From assembly GCF_037042905.1 (NCBI RefSeq), contig NC_087251.1, positions 19,098,001 to 19,158,000 on the forward strand: a DNA stretch of 60,000 bases, in the 5' to 3' direction. How positions within the stretch are numbered: the stretch's first letter is position 1; each line of letters starts with the position of its first letter. Of this stretch, positions 52,291-60,000 are shown one piece after another. A program made the translations under genes and the position numbers. Source of the stretch: Lytechinus pictus (taxonomy: Eukaryota). The notes under the pieces are model-generated. The model had not been told where the DNA came from, ran no database searches, and was given only the letters and a program-made list of their open reading frames with translations.

Positions 52291-53016
52291 GTGAGACTTA
52301 CTTAGAATCACAGTTAAGGGCTCTGTATTAAACACAGAGAGACACAATGATATTTATTGATTTTAATGTGATTTGCCAAAGACCCAAAGTGTTACAAATT
52401 TTACAATTACATGTACAATCAACATATCGCTCTAACAGCACACAAAGCAAGTGCAAAAATTGTGCTCCTATCAAAATCTGGAAATTGGGCTCCTTCCAAC
52501 TTTTGTTTTGGTGGTTTCTTAGGTGGTACATGTACATCTATGTGAAATAAAACTTTCAAGATTCTTTGTTTTTGGTTCCCCCCTTCAGTTTTGCATTTAT
52601 TGCGCACCCTGAGAGCATTGCCCAATGCTCATGTCGATATGCCACTGGATATCAATCTTATTATTGATGTATCTTGTGTATGTTGCAGGGTCTCGATCAT
52701 GGATCTTTTGAATTGCATTATGTCATATATTCATTTTCACTACGAACTCAGTTCAAACTAGTACATGATTCACTCTGAACATGATGGTTGATATTCTCGT
52801 AACAATTGCACTAAAAGCATATTTTGTGATCAACCTGTTGTCATTTCAATCAGCTTGTATAGATGCATGTACATGTATTTTAATCCTGCTGAGATTAATG
52901 AAAATTGTGCAATGAAATGAGGAGAAAAAGAGTATAATTTCTCACATAATCCAGATAATTTCTAAAATGATGTCGTTATGTTTTACAAGATCAATTGTTT
53001 GTTTCTTTTTTTCTAG

Positions 53017-53482
53017 GTTCCTTCATTACAGCCTGGAGATACTTTAAATACATCTACAGTACAAGAAACATCACCCCAGAATCTAACAACCACATCAGTA
53101 GCCACAACGACAACGTTGAATGTAACATCAACTGAGCCACCTACAACGACAGCATTTGCAGAAACAATAATACCATCTGAAACAGCAACTGCACCATCTA
53201 CATCAACGACCACACCAGTGCAATCATCAACGATGCCAACAACACTTAAAACCACATTGCCAACATCTACCGCTACATCACATCCAACTACAAGTACATC
53301 AAGTTCTACCACGCCCCAAACTTCAACAGTTATTAAAACGTCAACAATGCAGTCAATTATTCCAGTGCACGAAGCAACATTACCAGTAACTACTACACCT
53401 AGAGGGAGTACAACAACACAAGGAGCTCCAACAACAACAAGAGAGTCAACACATATATCAGATAACCTAACAACAAAACATA
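53017..53482 (+). CDS. Thr/Ser/Pro-rich mucin-like exon (gene continues; candidate next exon starts at 59984)
   Basis: Acceptor ttttttctag; in frame with the previous exon; VPSLQPGDTLNTSTVQETSPQNLTTTSVATTTT...DNLTTKH; donor A|GTGAGT, phase 1. The acceptor t(n)acag at 59983 continues in phase as MLKATN. Confidence 0.8.
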
Positions 53483-54525
53483 GTGAGTATATATATTGAA
53501 ACTATCCAACCTACCACTCCTGACGAGATCATGTCACTTTTACGTAAACTCCCTCCCAAGTCATGTCAGTCAGATCCCATTCCCACTAAATTACTTAAGG
53601 ATTGTTCCCCTTCTGTTGCTCCAATTCTCTCTCATCTAATTAATATGAGTATAGAACAGGAATACGTTCCTCCCTCTCTGAAAGTTGCTCTCATTACCCC
53701 ACTGTTAAAAAAACCCTCTCTGGACCAAAACTCCCTCCAAAACTACCGCCCAGTTTCAAACTTACCATTTTTATTCAAGATTCTTGAAAGGATTGTGTTC
53801 TCTCAATTGTCTGAATACCTTTCGGATAATGATTTGCTCGATCCTTTCCAGTCTGGTTATAGGTCTAATCATAGTGTAGAAACACTACTTCTTGACGCGT
53901 CTAATTATATCCTACAAGGCATGGATAAAGGGAACACCACAGCTCTTTTGCTGTTAGACTTGTCCTCCGCCTTCGACACGGTAAATCACACTATCCTTTT
54001 GAACATACTTAGTTCACTCGGTGTTAAGGGTGAGGCTTACAAGTGGTTTGAGTCTTATCTCTCATTCCACTCTCAGATCGTTTGTATTAACGGTTATAAA
54101 TCTGATGCTTTGCCTCTCTCTTGTGGAGTACCTCAGGGTTCTGTGGGCGGGCCAACTCTCTTTTCGATTTATTTATCTGGATTGCGACAAGTTCTGTTGA
54201 AACACGACATAAAATACCATATTTATGCAGACGACATCCAACTCATGATTTCCTTTAATTCGGATCAACTAGCTGCAGAAAGTTCCATCCATCGTCTTGA
54301 ATGTTGCATGGTTGATGTTCACAATTGGCTGACTTATCACTCTCTTAAAGTTGAATCCAGCCAAATGTGAATTTCTTCTTTTTGGCTCCAAGGTACAGCT
54401 AAGTAAAATCCACATCGACTCAATCTCATTTTCTGGCCTCACTGTAAATTTGTCAAGTTCTTGTCGCAATCTCGGTATAGTTTTTGATTCTCACATGACA
54501 ATGTCGAATCACATATCTTTTATTT

Positions 54526-55112
54526 CGCTGATGTGGTTTACGGTACACCATGTGTAGTGTCATAGAAACAGTGGATAGAAGAAGAGAAGAAATGGATAGG
54601 CGAGAAAGTGGAGATTTGAGAGTAGAGTATTCTTTCTTGTAAGTAGTCCTGAAAAGGACTGTAAACCAGGAAAGATTGAAGAGTTGAGAACAGCTTGAGT
54701 AGTAGAGCCGATGAGGAGATGCTGGCTTGAGTAGGCGAGTAGAGATGGTGAGTAGTAGAGAGACTCGACGTTTCGGGCAGGTTGACTGTCCGTCTTCAGG
54801 AGTGAAGACGGACAGTCAACCTGCCCGAAACGTCGAGTCTCTCTACTACTCACCATCTCTACTCGCCTACTCAAGCCAGCATCTCCTCATCGGCTCTACT
54901 ACTCAAGCTGTTCTCAACTCTTCAATCTTTCCTGGTTTACAGTCCTTTTCAGGACTACTTACAAGAAAGAATACTCTACTCTCAAATCTCCACTTTCTCG
55001 CCTATCCATTTCTTCTCTTCTTCTATCCACTGTTTCTATGACACTACACATGGTGTACCGTAAACCACATCAGCGATTGTACATTCCACCATGCAAACCT
55101 TCAAACAACATC
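54526..55112. mobile_element. Penelope-like element pseudo-LTR insertion in head-to-head (hairpin) form
   Basis: 273-bp arms (54526-54798 / 54803-55075) around a GGAG loop, a 37-bp unpaired tail (55076-55112), a 12-bp TSD TATCTTTTATTT (54514-54525, 55113-55124), and a hammerhead motif at the apex. Confidence 0.82.
54763..54803 (-). ncRNA. Minimal type I hammerhead ribozyme (PLE-type)
   Basis: Minus strand reads ACUC-CUGAAGA-C-GGACAG-UCAAC-CUGCCC-GAAA-CGUC|GAGU. Stem I ACUC/GAGU; stem II GGACAG/CUGCCC with one A.C mismatch; 1-bp stem III with palindromic ACGU; predicted GUC cut between 54767 and 54766. Confidence 0.75.
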
Positions 55113-55735
55113 TATCTTTTATTTGTAGATCCGTTCGCTTCCAATTGCGAAATATTGGTTTTATTAGAAAATACTTGTCTCGACCGGCCACAGAAAAATT
55201 GGTTCACGCTTTAATTTCGTCCCGTCTCGATTTTGGAAACTCCCTTTTGTTTAATCTACCACAGAATCTGTTAGTCAAAGTTCAGAAACTTCAAAATGCT
55301 GCCACTCGAATCGTTTCTCTATCCACCAGGCGCACTCACATTACTCCTATTTTAAGATCCTTACATTGGCTCCCTGTAAAACAGCGTATTATGTTCAAGA
55401 TTTTGTTGTTAACTTTTCATTGTGTTCATGGCTCATCTCCCCAGTACCTTATTTCACTTACCAAAAGTTATACCCCTTCAAGATCCTTACGTTCCTCCTT
55501 TTCCAATTCTCTTGTTACCCCCAAAATTTCCAAAACCTGGGGTGAAAGATCATTTGTTTACTCATCCTCTAAGCTATGGAATAGCCTCCCTCAAAACATC
55601 AAACAATGCTTGACTTCTGAAACTTTTAAACATTACCTCAAAACATTTCTGTTCAATTCTTCTTAATTTCTTTTATAATTTCCTAAAAAGCGCCTTGAGC
55701 ACTCTACAGAGTGGATTTGGCGCGATATAAGTCTA

Positions 55736-55767
<32 letters not shown>

Positions 55768-56438
55768 TTTATGTTGTGGTTTGAAAATTGCCAACTTTTT
55801 TAAATTAAAGAGCCAAGTACATGTACAGTGTATCATTTTCCTAAGTTAAAAAAAAATGCAGTCATTAAATTAGAACAGTCAGGTTCACTCCAATGATGAT
55901 TGATTGTGCAATATAGGAATTAAGATAAACACACCATAATTCTATTTCAAGCTTTATTGACTCTCCTTCAGGTTAAATCCAATGTTTGTACTCTCAATAG
56001 TTATAGTATTTGAACAAGATGTGTAAGCCCAAACACATGTCGGTAAATATGATTGAGTAGCCTATTCCGCTTTTACATGGGCCCCTTGACTTGGCTTTGA
56101 ACATGTGTAGCAAGGTGCGCATTAATTCATTGTTGACACTTATCAGATGCAATATGGTGTGGTGCCCTGTGTCTGTCCAGTGCTCCTATCTGAGCAATTA
56201 TGATAAAAAAGGGACACATGCAACCTCCAGAAAATTTGTATCCGCAACAGATATTCTTTAACAAATCCAAATCAAAATGGTGAAAATGCTAATTTTTAGG
56301 CATTTCTTGCAATGGATTCAAAATGTAGACTTGTTTTTGTTTTTGTTTATTATATTGAATGGGTTGGCAGACATATTTGTCTTTCAATCTCAAAATGACA
56401 GACAGGCTGCAGTGTTTTTATGCCCCCTCAGACGAAGT

Positions 56439-56991
56439 CCGGAGGGGGCACTCGACCAAAAAAGTGGTAGGGGTGTGCCGCGGGCGAGGCAAAATACGGG
56501 GGCCTTGGAGCGGGCTTATTGTAAAAAGGAGGGTCCTCGGAACGGGCTTCGGAACTACAAATGTTTGTGAAAACGGGGGTCTTCGGAACGGATCTCCGTA
56601 TCTCTGTGAGTGCGTATGCATCCCTATGGAATGGGCAATCGTGCATGACGCAGCTAGCGCGGCCTTCGCCGGGTGCGCTCGCGCTTAGGCGATGGTCGAA
56701 AAGCGCTCTACGGCCGCTTTTCACCAAAATTGTAGCAGATCAATGCGACCGGAACGGCGTAACGAAAAATATGCGAAGCTTTGGAGCGGATTTAGCTTCG
56801 AGCGGATTTCTTTCTTCTTTTTTCTCGATAAGAAGGAAATGCTATGCCTTGGAGCGGCTTTCTTTGTTCTTTTTCTCAATAAGACAAAAATGCTATGCCT
56901 TGGAACGGAAATTTGAGTGTAAAAATGGGGGTCCCCTCCGCGGCACATACCCACTATGCATTATATACTGAGTGCCCCCCCCCCCCCCGGG
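56439..56991. mobile_element. GC-rich MITE nested in the 5' hairpin of the Helentron-type element
   Basis: TIR ccggagggggcactc / gagtgccc(c)nccgg; internal repeats of tggagcgg / cggaacgg. Confidence 0.65.
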
Positions 56992-57046
56992 GGTGGGGGG
57001 CATTAAGCGTTGCCCCTGTCCGTCCGTCTTTCCATCCATCCCCCAC

Positions 57047-57660
57047 TTGGTTTCTGCGCAATAACTCAAGAAATATTTAACGGATTTTAAAAAATTTTGG
57101 TGTGTAGGTAGATGACACCACTATACAGGCTAAGTTCAAATTCGGAGTCCGCAGGTTAAAGGTCACAGCTCATTAAATATGTGAGTTGGTTTCCGTGCAA
57201 TAACTCGAAAAGTATTCAATGGATTTTAAACATTTGGGGTGTGTAGGTAGATGACACCAAAACACCAAAATACAGGATAAGTTTGAATTCGAAGTCTGCA
57301 GTTCAAAGGTCACAGCTCATTAAATATGTGAGTTGGTTTCCGCGCAATAACTCGAAAAATGTTCAATGGATTTTAAATTTTCGGCATGTAGGTAGATGAC
57401 ACTAAAATAAAGGCTAAGTTCGAATTCGGAGTCCGCAGGTCAAAGGTCACAGCTCATTATAATATGCGAGTTGGTTTCCGTGCAATAACTCGAAAATTAT
57501 TCAATGGATTTTAAAAATTTGGGGTGTGTAGGTATATGACACCAAAATACAGGCCGACTTCGAATTCGGAGTCTGCAGTTCAAAGGTCACAGCTCATTGA
57601 ATATGCGAGTTGGTTTCTAACTTTAAAAATATTCAATGGATCAAAAAAAATTTTTGTGTG
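57047..57660 (+). repeat. ~139-bp tandem repeat (central repeats of the Helentron-type element; resumes at 59045-59210)
   Basis: gcaataactc recurs at ~57058, 57197, 57344, 57482; units contain aaaggtcacagctcatt. Confidence 0.85.
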
Positions 57661-57662
57661 TA

Positions 57663-59044
57663 CGTCACGTACGTGAACCGCCTATAGGATATGTATCAAC
57701 TCAGCGGAGCCAGCCATTATAAAGCCCTCTCGCATTTGAAGAGGGGATACCAAAAAATTATTTGGCGGGGGGTATCTGAATTTCAAAAAGAAAATCACAT
57801 TTTTTGGTATCCTTTCTTTAAATTGTTTTTGCTCACTCATGCGTGAATATGGAATAATCTAAGTAATATCAGATGACAAAGGAGATTCTAAGCTTTACAT
57901 TGGTAGGTCATTTGTCTATTGTATTTGTGATTAAGCTATGATAAATCGTCGCTTAATCTCGGTTTCGTTTTTTCTGGGACGCACTGTATACTGATGACGT
58001 TGGGCAAACTTAACACGATATTTCCTAAACCTTTACAATGTTATCATATTTAACTATATAATACAGTCAATGTTACACATTCTTGACCTAAGTTTGACTT
58101 TTTGTAATTCAGGAAAAAAAAATTACCGAAAATGAAATAACTTATGTGTCAGGTATATTCGGAGCATTTTTAGATATCGGTTAACTATTAATTTCACACA
58201 CTGAGTATCAAAATTAAGCACTAAAAGTGCACAGTGGTCATCGCAAGGGGAAAAAAGTACTTGGAACATACCACCCGACACCAGAATCGGACTGGATAAT
58301 CTGGACGGACAGCGAGGGCGATCAGCCCCGCCTGTGCACGCTAAAATTTATCATTCTGCGGCTCGCGTGCTAAGAATGAACTTGATTTTTCTTTTCATTA
58401 CGAAAGTCATCGTGAAAAATGTTATCCAACATGGATTGCTACACTCCTAAGATTTATTGTTTTGTATCATTTACACAACATTATGAGATGATAACCCTTC
58501 TTCGGGCGAACAATGGTATATTAGTTAGAATCTAACGATTTTCTTTTAGAAATATAAAAAAAATTAATCTGATTTCGACGGCCTGCCATTTCCTTATAAA
58601 GAATGGAGAAAATAGTCTACCAACGTTATCGGTTCGGGAAAATTATAGTAAATGTAATAAGATGTTTTTTAAAACAATAAAAAATTGTGAAGATATTGAA
58701 AATAAGGATTTTAAAATGCTATATAAAATTTACGCTATATTTTCATAAATTTTGGCACTTTGTATCACTCATCAAAATGACTGATAATTCGTAATATTAC
58801 CGACTCTTGCTGGTAAATTTGATAAAGGTTGATACTCTGATGGTCAATGTAAATGATAAACATTCATAGCCTTACTAAATTTTAGCGATTCCATAGTTTT
58901 TCGGATTTTAATATCGCAGACATTTTGGAGAGTGAGCAAGACGATGCTCACAAGCGTCGCTAACAAGATTGCTAGGCGACCTACCGCGAGAGGGCTTTTA
59001 TAATGGCCGGCTCCGCTGAGTTGAGGCGGTTCACATACGTGACG
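57663..59044. mobile_element. TA-flanked non-autonomous DNA transposon (Tc1/mariner-like) nested in the tandem array
   Basis: ~60-70-bp TIR cgtcacgtaYgtgaaccgcct..caactcagcggagcc..ccattataaa(a)gccctctcgc; TA on both sides (57661-57662, 59045-59046). Confidence 0.75.
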
Positions 59045-60000
59045 TAGATGACACCAAAATACAGGCTAAGTTCTAATTCGGAGTCCGCAGGTCAATGGTC
59101 ACAGCTCATTAAATATGAGCTAGGTAGATTACACCAAAATACAGGCTAAGTTCGTATTCAGAGTCCGCAGGTCAAAGGTCAGAAGCTCATTATATGCGAG
59201 TTGGTTCAAAGGTCTAAATATGTTTCATTATATATATGCCTATTACATGTAGTTTCTGCACGATATTAAGTTCAATCATATTGAATGAATTTCTGATCAC
59301 GTTAAGCAGGGGCATCTGTGTCCTTTGGACACATCAAATTTCTAGTTTATTTCTCTTGTGATAATTACTGTATCAGCTGTATGTCTGTTTTTTTATGTTG
59401 GTTCAACCATATTAAAGTAAAAGATGTATAATATCAAATAGTCAACACTTGTTCATCTACATGTAGGTCTACATCTAATGTAGGCCTATATGTACATTGA
59501 ATTTAAACTTTAAAGTGATGCAGGCAAGGTTGCTGTGGTGCCCATTCCATTTGTTTGAGGGGGAACACTGCTAAAAAGTGTACATTCAGAAACTGTCAGA
59601 GAGGACAAACTACTGGTTTTAATACCACCTGTGATCATTGCTTGCTCCCCTTAACCCATTGTGAAAAGCCTATTTGATACTAGTGCATACAGCTTTCATA
59701 CATGTACATGTATGAGAGACGTACTGTACGTACAGTAACACAATTTTGATCTTGGCAACTTCTGAAAAATCTGAATATCATATCAAGGAATTTGATTCTA
59801 CATTTAGGAAAATAATCTGGATCCACATAAAGAGATCTTGAAACAAGAGATCTAGACAGATAGAGAAGGGGCAGGATGTGGGGTAGAAAGAGGGGTGGGG
59901 AGAGAGAAGGGGTGTAGGGAGAGAGAAGGGGTGTAGGGGAGGAGTTGGGGGAGAACGGGTTATTCCTTTTTTTTTTTTTACAGTGCTAAAAGCTACAAAT

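Larger units (their letters stand above)
53495..55760 (+). mobile_element. 5'-truncated L2-clade (CR1 group) LINE, inactivated
   Basis: RT motifs NYRPVSNLPF, DLSSAFDTVNH, PQGSVGGP, YADD; C-terminal HITPILRSLHWLPV. Frameshift near 54350; interrupted at 54526-55112. 3' stem-loop (aagcgcc...ggcgc) and (TTA)n tail; TATATAT on both flanks. Confidence 0.9.
56417..59346 (+). mobile_element. Helentron-associated non-autonomous element (DINE/HINE-like) with nested insertions
   Basis: 5' TTTTATGCCCCC with nearby inverted partner GGGGGCAT (after removing the nested insert); (GTCC)n microsatellite ~57017-57040; central ~139-bp tandem repeats; 3' subTIR GGGGCAT + stem-loop TGTGTCC-ttt-GGACACA + CTAGTTT. 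Confidence 0.75.

Noticed and set aside
54560..55041. Twin 104-aa ORFs on opposite strands
   Set aside because: Mirror images produced by the palindrome; TTG starts and no recognisable domain.
56277..57080. Cluster of overlapping ORFs in a GC-rich patch
   Set aside because: Falls within a TIR-bounded MITE; no protein motifs.

Overview
AT-rich, intron-rich metazoan genomic DNA. The repeat repertoire suggests an invertebrate deuterostome such as a sea urchin (inference). Two phospholipase B1-like (GDSL/SGNH lipase) paralogs sit head-to-head with matching exon sizes and phases. The minus-strand copy has 7 coding exons visible (11484->877) and runs off the window. The plus-strand copy is complete: 14 exons, 14145-38234, 449 aa, with signal peptide, one catalytic domain, TM helix and a C-terminal YQRL. 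Downstream lie an apparently intact I-group (Nimb-like) LINE (~40260-46332) whose ORF2 has no AUG, and the 5' part of a secreted/membrane Thr-rich mucin-like gene. Introns hold many non-autonomous elements, including two ~4-kb foldback elements (6-bp and 3-bp TSDs), Kolobok-, Harbinger-, hAT- and Tc1-like MITEs, a Helentron-type element and a truncated L2 LINE. The most striking structure is a 550-bp essentially perfect palindrome inserted into the L2 copy, with a 12-bp TSD, a 37-bp tail and a minimal hammerhead ribozyme at its apex (Penelope-like pLTR hairpin). An intronic array of 11 CTCF-like motifs in ~208-bp pairs and convergent orientation is unexplained.
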